64,000 bases of DNA from the human T2T-CHM13v2.0 reference genome, Homo sapiens: assembly GCF_009914755.1 (NCBI RefSeq), contig NC_060928.1; one strand, given 5' to 3'. The first letter of the stretch is position 1, and every line of letters starts with the position of its first letter. The notes under the pieces are model-generated. The model was not told where the DNA came from, searched no databases, and was given only the letters and a program-made list of their open reading frames with translations. Both the position numbers and the translations under genes were made by a program. Below, piece by piece: positions 27,458 through 40,830 of the stretch.

Positions 27458-28869
27458 TAAGAGGATGTCAATCTCTTTGAACAGATACACAAAATAGTAG
27501 CACAGCAGCACAGGCACTAGTCACAATCTTTTTTTTTTCTATCTAAAACTTCTTTTGCAACAAGAAACACCCTGATACAGAGGATGCTCAAATATTTTTA
27601 TAATCACAGATCCCATTCACATAGTGGAAGAGAATCATTCCAGAAAAATCTATTCCAAAGTAAATTTCTACAGTGCACACTCTGTTTCCCATTGACTTAC
27701 TTTGGTGGAAATATTTATTCTTCAATGTAATGAGTCATATTAAGACAGAGGCAACACATTAAAATGTTATATGCTTCAATGAGAAAAATATTTCTGATAA
27801 AAAACATTAATGTTAAAAATAAAAATATCACAAGGCATTCACATCACAAGACAAAAATAATACTGAGTTTCCTGTGAAACGGAAAGTAATAATTTGCTGA
27901 TACTGTTCCTGCTGAAGAGAAGGAAAACCTCCAAAGACTTAGTTATTTGGATGCTTTTTAAATTAACTTTGGATCAACTTAACATTTATAAATTTGTTAC
28001 CAAATTTCTTTACATTTTAAAATATTTATCTCATTTTGTACTGTCTAAGGTCTTTCTAAATGTAGTACTAAGTCCTGTACAGTTTTGAACGGGAGTTAAT
28101 AGCTGTTGCAATAATAGCCAAGAGTTTTCAAAGATATTTATTGCCAAGCACAGTTATAATTTCATTTAATACATCAGAAAATGTCTTTACTTGATTTGGA
28201 TTAATGAATGAAGCTTTGACAGGTGGTAGAATTCTACTTTCTAAGATATTTTTACAGATAACTTTGGCAGTTCATTTTCACTATCTTTTGAATTAAGATT
28301 AACACTAATAAAAAATGCATTCTTTCTATTGTATTTTAGAATGTTCTCTCTATTATTGATCCTGTACTTGATTTCATTATAATGTGCCTTGGTATGGGGC
28401 TTTGGGTGATTTTTTTAAAAGCCTGGTCAGCACTCTGGGATACTGTATTCAAATTAAAGACTCAGATACTTTATTAATTCTGGTAAGATCTCAGCTATCA
28501 TATCTCCAAAGATTGGCTTATCACCATTTTCTCTATACTTTCCTTTTATAGCTCCTACTAGTCTTATGTTGGAGCTTCTGGATGAGTTCATTTATGTTTC
28601 TTAATATTTCTAATAATATCTTTTCCTTTTTTGAACGGAATCCTAGGCATTTCTTCAACTTAATGTTTGTTTTAGTTCAGGCTTCAGTTATATCCGTTAT
28701 TCCAGTTGGCTCATCATTTGAACTTTTATTTTAATTGCCATATTTTTAATTTACATGCTTTAATGGGTTTTTACAACCACCTAAATAGTTTTAATTACTC
28801 TATTTATGCTTTTTACTCTTTAATCTGTTTGGAAATGTTAATTATATGTAAACCAAAGTCCTTTCAGAT

Positions 28870-29115
28870 GGCAATAGAGCGAAGTGACAAAGAATGTAGA
28901 CACTGGAGTTGGATGCCTGAGTTCTAATTCTCGTTCCATCATTTAGTACCTCTTTGCTCATGTAATTATTTAATCTTCTTTCACTTTTCTCATCCATAAG
29001 AGGGCAAAAATAGTAGTGCCTATCGCATAGGGTTGTAAGGGCAATAATGAGAAATAATTGCAAAGCATTTAGTACCATACCTGGTGCATAATTTGTGCTC
29101 ATAAATAGCTGCTAT
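28870..29115 (+). mobile_element. MIR SINE (near full length)
   Basis: gacactggagttggatgcctgagttctaattctc...tttctcatccataa...tagtgcctatcgcatagggttg...aaagcatttagtacc..cctggtgcata. Confidence 0.8.
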
Positions 29116-30741
29116 TGTTGTAATGATTAGCATTCTGATTACTATTTCCTCAAAGGCAAGATTTAATGACATTTGTTTTATCTGTGTGTTTGCTAAATTT
29201 TGCTCATTAAATCATCTTCCCCGGGAGAATTTTCCTGCAAGCATCATGGGTTGTAATCACCTCATAATGCAGCAGGTGTTTGGAAGATTCAGCCCCAAAC
29301 TTCTAGCGGGGAGTGGCTATATTCATGTCTTGCTCAAAGATACTTAGTTAAGGGATCCAACTGTGTTTGGATGGCCAATGTTCTAGTCTTTTCCTGCAGT
29401 ATGGTGTAGTGTTGTGGCCCCAGCCAGAGCAGCAACTTAACACAGACACAGATCTTGGAAATGCAGAAGGCATAATCTGATCCCCTGTTTTTGCTTAGAT
29501 TCTATGACTAGAGGCACTGATAACTTTGTACCCAAAAGTGGGTGACCTTGTCTTGTTGAGGTTAAAAGGATTTGTTCTTGACAGCATGAGAGCCATTTCC
29601 TGGGATCGCTCAGAAAAGCATGAGAGAAATTTCTGGGTATTTTGGGGGAAGTGAAAACCTGGTATACTATTGATTACTACTAATGTGATGCCTTTTAAAT
29701 TCAGGATAATATGATGCAGTAGAGATTCATGGTTTCACACTGCAGAAAAAAGGTATGACATTCAGATTTTCAACCAAAGAGTAAAAAATATTTTATTTTT
29801 TAATTGATGAGCAAATGATCCATGAGAATCTCATGTTTACCAAGTGGTAGATCTTCCTTGATATTTAGAACAGAAGAGATTTTGCTTTTTATGTGCATAG
29901 GGAATATTATTTGACTCAGAAGATAAAATCTTATTCCACAGCATAGTGAATAGATTTATTGTGGAATTTTGTTATAATTATTCTGGTCCTTCTCTCAGAG
30001 TTTTTCTGTTACCCTTTGCACATAATACCAAGGTTGATGCAAAATGTTAACTTACTTCTTCTCATCCAAAATCTCTCTGCTGACAAAGTTCAAATCAGAC
30101 AAAAAAAGGGTGACTAAATAATGGCAATTAAAGCAAGGTAATAAGTTGCTTTAATAGTTAAAAAAATTTAATTACATACCTAAGAATGAGCCTTTTTGTC
30201 AGTGTTATAACAGAGAAAACTCTAACAGTTCAGAGATTTTTATATAGTGCTTTTACAAGCTAAACCTCAACACACAAAGCAAGCCAGACACATAAATTCC
30301 AAAGAAACTAGAATTTTTAGCCACATTTGAAGATTCCCATATGCCAATTGTTTATTTATTCATTTATTCAGGCTCTTTCTTCAGCTATAAAAATTACAGA
30401 TTTCTTGTGTATTTATTATTCTTGCAAGTAGACCAATGTTACTGTTACTGGTAGGTATATTAACTTATTTGTCAAAGTTCAGGTTACATTGATGATTGTA
30501 GTTCATTCAGTAGGGTGTTTCGTTTAAGGAGAAAAACACATGATGAGATATTAAAGAGTGAGGTAATAGCAATGTCATGTTTCACTGACATCTCTGTGAC
30601 CCACAAGCATTTCAGGGGTATCTGAGGTGGTGAGAGAACTGCTAATATTTAAGAGAGTGGTATAGATAGATAAGATGATATATTATCAGCTCTTCCACCA
30701 CATATATATGAACTGATTATATAACATCTTATCTGTATGTG

Positions 30742-30748
<7 letters not shown>

Positions 30749-30792
<44 letters not shown>
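30749..30792. repeat. (AT)22 microsatellite preceded by a short (TG)n
   Basis: Perfect AT run, read directly. Confidence 0.95.
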
Positions 30793-30794
<2 letters not shown>

Positions 30795-30989
30795 CACCAC
30801 TCATATAAATACATATTTACTGGTTTAGCACATTTATTTTTAAACTTAGTTCTCCTTTCTTGATTCATATTTGGTACTTCCACACTTAATTTAAGATAGC
30901 CAGCACCCTTCTGTCTTCTGGACCTGTGACCTGCTACTCCTTTAAAAGCATGACCTATTTATTCATTTCTTCCATGGAGTTCCCACCTT

Positions 30990-31830
30990 TCCACATTCTA
31001 CCAAACTCTTGACATGGAATGTCATATAAATACCTTCTTTTCCTTCCCAATTGTTAATTCCAAGATATTAAATTACTCCCCTCTTTCTACATCTGTCAAT
31101 ATCACCTCTCAATCCCTGCTAGTGTTGCCTTACATCCACATGAACTCATGGCTACCTTCCTATACAACTCACATAACTCAGTTTTGCTTTTCGGTTCTAT
31201 TCCACTTTGAGGTCAGTGGCTTCTACATTCAAATAGATAATACCATAGACCACTTAATTTCATTGACCTCCAGCTTCTTTCATGTCAAAAACATGCTGGA
31301 AAGTCCATACTTGGACTACTTGCTTTATTACTTTAATCTCTTCACTCAGTTAGTCTCCCATAAGCCCTCAACTGGAAGTTCTTCACTTTGTTACTCCAGT
31401 TCTTGATCTCTTCCTAATTCATCTACATTTGAGTCCTGTTCACTCAGAATGTCATGATTGGCTATTATAAAGTGATTCCCACTGTAAATTAAAATCTTTT
31501 ACCACCTCTAAAGGCTAGTGACCACACCTGGTCACTCTAATAATCTGCTTCTTTTGTTTCCATTTCTGGACATCAGAACAACATTGAAGGAAATCATTCT
31601 TTCTGTCTATAACTCTGCCAGTCTGCCAAAACAGCCAACGTTTTATTCATTAGTTATCTCATAACCGTAACACCCAATGACCTTTGAACTTTCTTGTATG
31701 TGTTATGTCTCAACTATATTACCAGATTACCGAGGACAAAGGCTCTATTTGATACATTTCTCCATTCCCTTAAGAACTGGTATGTTTCTAACATGTAATA
31801 TTGTGTTGAAATGAACGAATGAATAAATGG
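30990..31830 (+). mobile_element. Degraded L2 LINE (approximate)
   Basis: C/T-rich body ending in an L2-like tail ...tgttgaaatgaacgaatgaataaatg. Confidence 0.45.
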
Positions 31831-34279
31831 AAGGACGGGGAAATGATTGGATTCTCCCAAAAAACAATAAAACTTTGCTGCTCCATCTCACCTTGTTTTG
31901 CCTCACTCTAAAAGATGCACTCAAGTGATAGCACTTCTTTTAGCACTACACTGAACTAATGTCAAGCCCTGCTCAGCTCAGTCCTTTTTGCAAGTTAATT
32001 GATTTCCTGTTAACACCTGTGGTTGTACCCCCATGAGCTGGGTTAGACTACAGAAGCCAATCCAGGATCAAGAGTCAGAGAAAAATGATACATCGTATTG
32101 AGCTGAGATTACATTACCTTAGCTTTGCTTCTCAACCTGAAAAACTTGGTGATACAGATGGCATGGCTCCCAGGCTGTCCACCTCAACCTTCACGGAAAT
32201 ACGCCTGAATTTTATAGCCTCAGGAGTCCACATTCAAGGAGGGGTTAATGAGATCAGAGACTGCCACATACATAAGGTTTTTGAATATTATATCTTTTAG
32301 GCAGAGTAGCTGCAAAACAGGTCAGGACTCAGGGGTCCCCTTTTTTATCTACAAAACGATTACTTTGCTATACCATGGTTATGTGTTTCACTTTTTATTA
32401 CCTCCTAAGTGCAACAGGCCTTCCCACAGCCACATATATCGGATTTCACTCCTCTAAAATAGGCAATAAATGTATCTTTAATTTTATTTACTTCTATTGT
32501 GCCTCAAAGAATGTTCTGCTTGCATCTGACATTCAGAAAAATATTATTTTGGTTTTCCTTTGCCAAGTAGTTATTTTCTCAATGCTCTTCTCTGTATTTT
32601 TATGAAAATGGACAGTCTTTCAAACACAAAAGTTAACTGAAATCCTTCAATGTTGCTGCTGGATACACCTCACAATATTATTCACAGGCAAAAAGGCCAC
32701 TGGAAAATTCTTCTGGCTCTCCCAGAAAAAGGTGACCTTCCTTCTCTTAGTCCTTTTCCTTCCTTCCAAGTAAATTTCTGATAGGACCCAAGACTACTGC
32801 TTCTTGTAAGATTGTTTGCACCACAACCCTACCATGGAGTTAAAGATCACAGCTAACATGAAATCAGTCACATGCAGTAATGAATTTAGTTTTAGTCTCA
32901 AATCCAAAGGTCAACATCCAAACTTCCTGACATATGATATATAGAGCCATCCACTGCTCACCCACCTTGTTGTAAAAAAAATGGTATGGTGTATTATCAA
33001 GCAGAGCGATGGAATCATTCAAAACTATACTTGAACTCTAGTTTTTCCTATTACCTGTGAAACTTTAAATATTCAATCTCCTAGTGCTTCAGTTTCCTCA
33101 TCTGAAGATGCTAATAACACAAACTACCTCACAAGATTTTCATATTATATGTAATTGTATGTAAAGCATCTAGAAAATAGTAAGAGTTCAATAAATGGCA
33201 GTAATCAACCTTTTTTAAAAAAATTTAACTTCAAGGGATGGAAAAAGTAATCAAAAGTTGGCCTGCAAATCCCAGCTCTCAAGTGCTGGGGAAGAATCCT
33301 TTAAAGCTAACAGCAACAGATTGCTGCTCTCTTTGGAACATGGTCCTTCTGTTCATCTGTCTCATGGAGGAGTACCATGCGTGGCTATGCTATACTTAAC
33401 CAAGTGAAAACATAAAGTGATGTTCAAAACTGGTCATAACTGGCCTATATATAGCTTTTGCCAGAAGGTCCCCAAAGTTCTTAATTGAACGTCTTCTCAA
33501 ATACTGCATACATCCATAATATTGCGCTGACACTGAGCATGTCTCTCAAAGTGTTTTAACAAATAGAATTTCGATGAACATTTCCTAAATATACCTTCAG
33601 TTTCATAAAGTCAAGGCATGAATTGGTGGGGGGGCGGGGGGTAAGTCCTGATCTCTCTCTTGTAATCATTGTGCTTTTATTAACAAAAGATTCAGTTGTC
33701 TGTCAGAAAATCAGTAAGTATATACAGAGAACACTATCATGCATATTAAGTATCAGAACATGGACCTAAAATCACAATAACATCCCTATTTGTAATTTTT
33801 AGTTTGGCTAAAATTAGGAAGATTGGTGTAAACATTGATTTATGGAAGAAATTTGTCTGAAAACATTAGGGTAGTCTCAAATGTCCTTGAAAAATATCTC
33901 TAGTAATTCAGGGTATCTAATGTCTAGTAACAAGAGACATACATGAAAATGGCCCATGCACTTTCCAGGTATAATGAAATTGTTCATGTTTCTAACCAAT
34001 TTATTTTTCTATACCTTTAAGTGTCCCCACCTATCCTAAGCTGATGATTTTGCACAGACAATGACAATGGAACTCAGAAATTCTCTGTCTTGAACAAATA
34101 ACTCAAAAGGAATATTCTACTAAAAGCAATAGCATCTTCAACTAAAGAGGGCAGTATTAATTTCATGATAGTAGGCTCCTCTTATTAGAGAGACTCCTTT
34201 GGCATTGTTGTTGGTTAGCTCTTAGAGGTGCTTTATCCAAATTATGAAATCATAATAGGTAACAATTGAATAAAGTGCT

Positions 34280-34520
34280 AGACTTTATTCAGTGCTTACT
34301 ATATGGCACACACTGTGAAAAACAGTTTGCATTAATTATTTTGTTACATTCCTCCAGAAATCCCTATGAGGTAAACTAGTGTTCCTATTTTAAATGAAGA
34401 AATAAAGGCCAGAGAGTGGTTAAGTGACTTGCTAAATGTTGCACGCCTAGTAAATATTGGAAGCAGTATGATGAAGCTCTCAGGATTGTGATTCCAGTGC
34501 TTTTACATTTAGGCACTGTA
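34280..34520 (-). mobile_element. MIR SINE
   Basis: agtgcttactatatggca...ccctatgaggt...gaagaaataaaggccagagagtggttaagtgacttgc. Confidence 0.75.
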
Positions 34521-35049
34521 CTCAAAACTTCTTTTATCAACGAAGCATACTTAGCTACAGCTTACCTATGATCCCCTTAAAAATACAGTTTGTACCTAAG
34601 CAAGTTTATACTGAGAGATGCTAAGATCACACAGCTTACAAAGATGGGACATGAGTCCAACTTTTGCTTCAAGTCACTCAATATTATTAAGGACTTAAAC
34701 CCACATTGGAAATAGATGCATACATACCTTAGGGATGATTACAAACTAATCATGTCCTAATAAATCCTGGAACCAACTGCATTTCAGCATATCCATGGTT
34801 ACTCCCTCCCTCGTTGGAACCATCATTTCTTGCCTCAAATTGCTTGTCCTTGTTTCTTTACAACAGCAGTTCCTTGGGATCACAGATCTTTCTGACAAGG
34901 TGGTATAAGAAATGAAATTTGCCTTCCAGGAAAACAAATGTGCACCTTCACATTTCACAAACAGACGTGCACAATTTAGCGTGAAATTATATGGATCCTC
35001 CCATGCCGACTCCCTCCGAGTTTTGAATAACTGCTCCACAGTCTGTTAG

Positions 35050-35600
35050 ATATAGAGAAGTTAAACCGTGTCACTCCTCTTCTAAAATCCCTCCAGTAAT
35101 TTCTCACTTCACTCAGAAAAGAATCCAAAATGAGACACCACATTGTCTAACCCCAGGGTAGCTCCCAAACCTCATTTCCTTATAGCTTTATAACTTCCCT
35201 TTTATCACTTCAATCCAGTCATAAAGACTTTGTTGTTCATACATGCCAAGTGGACTTCTGCCTAGGGTCCTTGTTCTTACCATCCCCTTTACCCGGAAGG
35301 CTCTTTCTCCAGATATCCACAAAGCCAGCTACTTTACTTCATTCACTTCCACCATGCCATCTAATCACAGAGGTCCTGCATCACCCTCTGTCCTCTTACC
35401 CTGATTTGTTTTTCATCTTAGCAATTATAACCATTTTTCAAATCACGTATTTGTTGGATACCTATCTCCAAACACCAGATGTGCTCAGTTTTATGAGTAC
35501 ATAAAATTTGTTGTGTGTGCTGCTGTAATCCCAAAGACTAGATCATGATTGCCACACAGTGGGTTTGGATGAAAGAATGAATTAGATAAAGGACTTAATA
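35050..35600 (+). mobile_element. L2 LINE 3' region
   Basis: gtcactcctcttctaaaatccctccagt...ctctttctccagatatccac...ttttcatcttagcaattataacca. Confidence 0.65.
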
Positions 35601-36870
35601 AATACGTATGGTACAAAATATAAAACTGAGTACCTTCACAGTCAAATTAACATCTTTTTAAAAAGCCAGTTATATTTATTTGTCTTCAAAGCTGTTTCAG
35701 AATTAGTTCACAAGCTACTCAGTGAAGTTAGCTTCATTATTTTATAGTCACTTTGGACGTTTTTTAATGCAAGATGTGACTGTCTAGATTGATAACCATT
35801 TTATTCACCCATATATGTTTTGGGTTGATTTTTCTTCCCAAATCTAATTGACCTTCAAAAGGGAATATTGTATTTTGGATGCCAAGGTAAATAATGTTGT
35901 GTTTGTTAGACTGCAATCAATAGTCCCCTCTGGAAATTCTTATATATAAAAACACATTGTTACTCTTCAAGTTCATTGGTTTGTCAGAAATCCGATGTAC
36001 TTTAGAATAAAAATTTAAAAAAAAACATTCTTTCTATTCCTTCTATGATAAGTGACATTGATGATGAGTCTAAAAGAGGCTATGAAGGGCATAAAATAAG
36101 TATATTATGGAATCAAGATTGACTTCATTAAATAATAACATTTAATCAACTAACATGTTTAAAGATCACTGATAGTATCCAAAGAAAATATTCAAACTTC
36201 CTTTGTGCTGAAGTCAGTATGTGACTTCCTGGCTTATGTAAGTTCAATCTGCTTTTGGTTTGGGCATTACAATAAATGTGCATCAATATCTGACAAATAA
36301 CTCATGTAGTTAATCTCTGCTTATCCATTAAACAAACTTTTATGAAACAGTAGATGCATTACCAGCTGCTGGAGATACAAAGTTGAGCAAGAAATATTAT
36401 ATTTTTAGAAGGAGATAGAGTCTGGGAAAGAAATAACTGCAGTTTAATGGATAATGAGTCCTGAGCGTGGAAAGGGCCACAAAGCAATAGGAGCCTAGGT
36501 CTTCCAAGGAAGATTAAGAAATAGAGATTTTTGAAGAAGGTGACATTTGAGCTGAGTTATGAGTGACGTCTAAAAAGTTACCAAAAATAGAAGAGGTCAG
36601 GGTAAGGAAACAGCTACCAGGGCAATGGACATACTTGGAAAGTTTTGGAGTGAATGGAGAGTACCATGCATGGGTTAAGCACTGGAGTCAAGCCAAGATA
36701 AGTGGGTTCCTTATACATAATATTATGGCAGTGATGAACAGTCCAAGGAAGCAGGTGAATAACTGTTTCAGAACTGTATAACAAACCTCTTTCTGGGATT
36801 GATATGGAGGATAGAATATAAGAATGTAAGAAACATGATAGGATATAAGATGATATATAGAATATGAGAT

Positions 36871-36994
36871 GATAGAATATAAGAAACTATCCAATAACCT
36901 CTATAAATGAAGAGACTCAATTCTAAGTAGAATTCTAAGTAGAATTGTGTCTCTGCATTTATGGAGGGTATCGGATAGTTTCTTATATTCTATC
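36871..36994. repeat. 124-bp quasi-palindrome (inverted repeat with no spacer)
   Basis: 36871-36925 matches the reverse complement of 36940-36994 at 50/55 positions; central TAGAATTCTA is symmetric about 36932/36933. Confidence 0.92.
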
Positions 36995-38124
36995 CTTATT
37001 GAGGGCAGGATTGAGTCCCTGCATTTATGGATCTGCCATGCTGTATTTTTAATAGTTGATTCGCATTCCTAAACAGAGGTTTTGTTGAAGAGCTAAACAT
37101 TTTTATCGACATGTTCAGAGTCTGCCTTTACTGCCACATTGGAATATTAATTCTTCAAGGTAGAGTACCTGTTTTTATTCACCTTTCTTTCCCCAGAAAC
37201 TAACAGAGTTCCTAAAACTGTGGGTATTCAATACTTTGTGGATTGAATCAGACTATTATGTTTTTTTGTTTGTGTTTTAATGCAGTGAGCTCCCAGGCTC
37301 TGTTGTACAACATACTATTATGCAAAGATGGAGACATCTTTGAAGGCTCTCACTAGTGTCCAGTGGCCCATCTTTTTATGATGTGGCTCTGCTGGCATTC
37401 ATGATTCCAGAAAGATTTGGAAACTGCAGAGAAACAATTTCAAGCAATCTTGGTCTTGTTCTCATTCTCTAGCAGGTTAAAAACCAGAATAATTTAATTA
37501 GAAGGAACTTTGAATTCCTATTTTATCTGACTCCCTTAATCTTCTAGCTTTACCAGGTTTGGTGAATAGAACAATGTGAACATACCTGACAAGGTTTCCC
37601 TGAAAATGCAGCTAAAGCCATCATTAGGAAAATGAATTAAGAAAATAATTGTTATGTGTCATAAGATGTGTATCCCAGCAGGTTACTCAACAGTGGAGAT
37701 AATAAGTACTGCCACCTGTTCTCTGCTAACCATACCCAACTCTATCTAAAGTCATTAAATTGTTGGTTAATTTGTAATTGGTTTGGTGAACAAGAGAAGC
37801 TTCACTATCATGTATTGTGCACATACTGGAAACCACTGTAAACTATGTGCTAACGGCTTTATGCACATTATTTTATTGATCCTTCCAACAAACCTGATCA
37901 TTGTCAGCACCTACACATATCCTTTATCTGTGCTTTTGAAAGCCATCACAATCATTTTCAAAGGCTTTTAAATCCCTGACTTCAAAGCATAGTAAATATA
38001 TGCTTTTGGTAACAAAAGCAAAGGGATATAGATTAAAATTCTAAGAGGTTGAGTTGGGCAAGGCCACATAGGTAATAAGAAGGAGGACCAGGCTTTAAAC
38101 CTCAGCCAATTTGACTCCAAGCCC

Positions 38125-38220
38125 TCCTGGTTCTAAAATTTTAATGTATATTTGAATCACCTGGTGATCTTGTGAAAACATATATTTTGATTCAGTAGAT
38201 TTGGGTGGGGCCTGAGATCG
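38125..38220. mobile_element. MER5A-like hAT fragment
   Basis: tggttctaaaatt...gaatcacctggtgatcttgtgaaaaca...tgattcagtagatttgggtggggcctgaga. Confidence 0.7.
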
Positions 38221-39481
38221 TAGGGAGCACAGTTGAGTATTCAGGCTTTCAACCAGCACACTGAACTGTGAGCATGGAAAACTTAGTCTATGCCAATGAC
38301 TGTGGCAGATGTTTTACTGTTAGGTCTGCAACTGCTGGAGCCAGATCTAACTTGTACATGTAATTTTTCCTCATACTCACATTGCACATTTTATTTCTTG
38401 AATTGTCAAATTTTTAAAAATCAGGTCTTTTCGGGTCATTAAGCTCCCAGCAAAGCATTTATGGTCTATTTATTCTTTCTCTTGCCTGGAAAGAATATGC
38501 CTACACAGAAGACAATAACTAAAGAAAAGATGATCAGCAGATCAGAGAATCAGCAGAGTATTGAGTCACTAAACCAATGTTAAGTTTTAACAAGGCCAAG
38601 GAAGACAAATGTCTCCCTAAGTTTTCTTCTTGCAGTTATTGCAACATGTGTAACTCCTTTGTGCCTCAAGATCCTTTTTTTCTGTTCCTTTTCAGGGATG
38701 CAGTTTTCAAAAATCACATGGCAGTTTATTTCTTATTTTTCAGTTTTCAGCTCAAATACAATCCCCTCAGAAATGACCATCTTACCTAAGATAGATCTCC
38801 AACATTTACTTCACCCCCTAACTGTTCCAAAACTCCATAAATGAACAGACTCAATTCTACCTTATTCACCAATTTCAGTCACTTCCAGTGACTAGTGAAA
38901 TACATGGATTATGGTACAGAGATTACAAATATTTATTAAAGGTATACATGAAAGCTGAGTAGAATGAGACTAAGAAAATGTCTGTGGGTTTGTTCATTAA
39001 TAAATTGTTAGTGCCCTTAGATAACAGTGTTTTCACTCAGATGATGGAAATGAAAGAAAACTTTGAAAGAAATTAATTTAGTCTACCTTTCCAGAATATT
39101 CATCAGCACAGGAAAAAAAAATTAGGAAAGAACTAGGAAGCAGGAAGTGACTGGCTTAGTTTCAGGGTCTTATATATTTTAGCATTTCTGTGTAGAAGAG
39201 AGGAAGGGACCAGCAACATTAGCTAAACTGAAAATACAACAGATGAAAAAAAATTAAATCAAATTAGTAGAAAAACTAAACTCTTGTAATTGGAAAACCC
39301 AAACAAACAATGCAAAATTATCTCCCGCCCTCTGCAGACACATAGAATACTGATTCACAAATGGGAAAATCACAAATTTTGACTGGCCATTTAAAGACTT
39401 TAAAGCATTTTAAAACATAATTAAATAGACTCGTACAATTACCAAGCTATAATTCACATTTTCTTTTTTTACCATCCTTGG

Positions 39482-39512
<31 letters not shown>

Positions 39513-40199
39513 ACCCTCAAGCCTTACCATGCTAGAATCCACATAAGATGGAATCGTACATTTGGGGAAAGTTTTCAAAAGAGAGATACTAGATCCCTAT
39601 GTCTTTAACGCTTACTTTACTATCAGCCTAGTGGGAAATGGTGTGGAAACCCAAATATGTTGGCACTACCTAACCAGTGTCAGCACCAATGCTGATGATT
39701 ATCCCAAATGATAGCTTTATGTGTTTTCCCTCATTGAAATCCACTGCAATCATTCCTAAAGGCTTTTGAATCACCTGATTTTAAAGCATGGTGAATATAT
39801 ATTTTTGTGAAAAAAGGAAAATGTAATTTAATCCCATTCAAATTTGAACAGAATGAAAAAAGTAAAAAATACATTTGGGTCTGTCATTTAATTTCTAGCC
39901 ATCATAACATTTTTGCTGTTATATCATTAATTGTTATATCATTAATTGTTTAAGATGTCCATACTATCAAAAAATATATAGTAGTTTTAAATTATTCATT
40001 TATAAATAAATGTGTTAAGTCTCTACCTCCACATAAATGGTAGATACTTTGGAATGTGAGATTTTGCTCTCCAACTATGCATTGCAGTCCCACAAACAGA
40101 ATAGATCTGTAATCCATTTACTTTATTGTAAATTTTCTTAAAAATAAAAATTGAGGAACACAAAATTAATGATAGATCCAATAATCAAGTGACTGTGTG

Positions 40200-40440
40200 A
40201 ATATTAATTATAGCTAAACATTAAGAATGAAGTTCTAAGGCACTTTTTAAAATTATTTACATGTTATAACTCATTTAATCTTCATAACAATAATATGTTT
40301 GTGAGTACTATTTTATCCCCATTTTACAGATGAGAAAACTGACATATAAAGACCTGAATAACCTCAAGTTCACTTGGTTAAGAAATAAAGCTAAGAATTC
40401 AAACTGAGGTACTCAGGCTTCAGAGCCTGCATGCCTAACC
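40200..40440 (-). mobile_element. MIR SINE
   Basis: ctcatttaatcttcataacaa...ttatccccattttacagatgagaaaactga. Confidence 0.8.
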
Positions 40441-40532
40441 ATGTATTGAGGAAGCTTTTAATCCACATGAAGCTAGCACTATAGAAATAAATATGAGCTT
40501 GTAATTATCCCCACAGTTTTATGAGATATGTG

Positions 40533-40830
40533 TTTTTTGTTGTTGTTGTTGTTGTTGTTTCTATTTTGTTCTGTTATTAAGACGGAGTTTCACTCTTGTT
40601 GCTCAGGCTGTGAACCTCTGCCTCCCGGGTTCAAGAAATTCTCCTGCCTCAGCCTCCTGAGTAGCTGGGATTACAGGCATGCGCCACCACACCCAGCTAA
40701 TTTTGCATTTTTAGTAGAGACAGGATTTCTCCACATTGGTCAGGCTGATCTGGAACTCCCGAACTCAGGTGAATCCGCCTGCCTGGGCCTCCTAAAGTGG
40801 AATTACAGGCGTGAGCCACTGCACCCGGCC
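40533..40830 (-). mobile_element. Alu (AluSp/Sq-like), antisense, with internal deletion and (TTG)n tail
   Basis: gacggagtttcactcttgttgctcaggctg|tgaacctctgcctccc lacks ~30 nt of right-arm consensus; ends ...gccactgcacccggcc. Confidence 0.9.

Noticed and set aside
33626-33646. G-run followed by GTAAGT, possible cryptic donor or G4
   Set aside because: No convincing upstream acceptor or open exon; an isolated motif is expected by chance.
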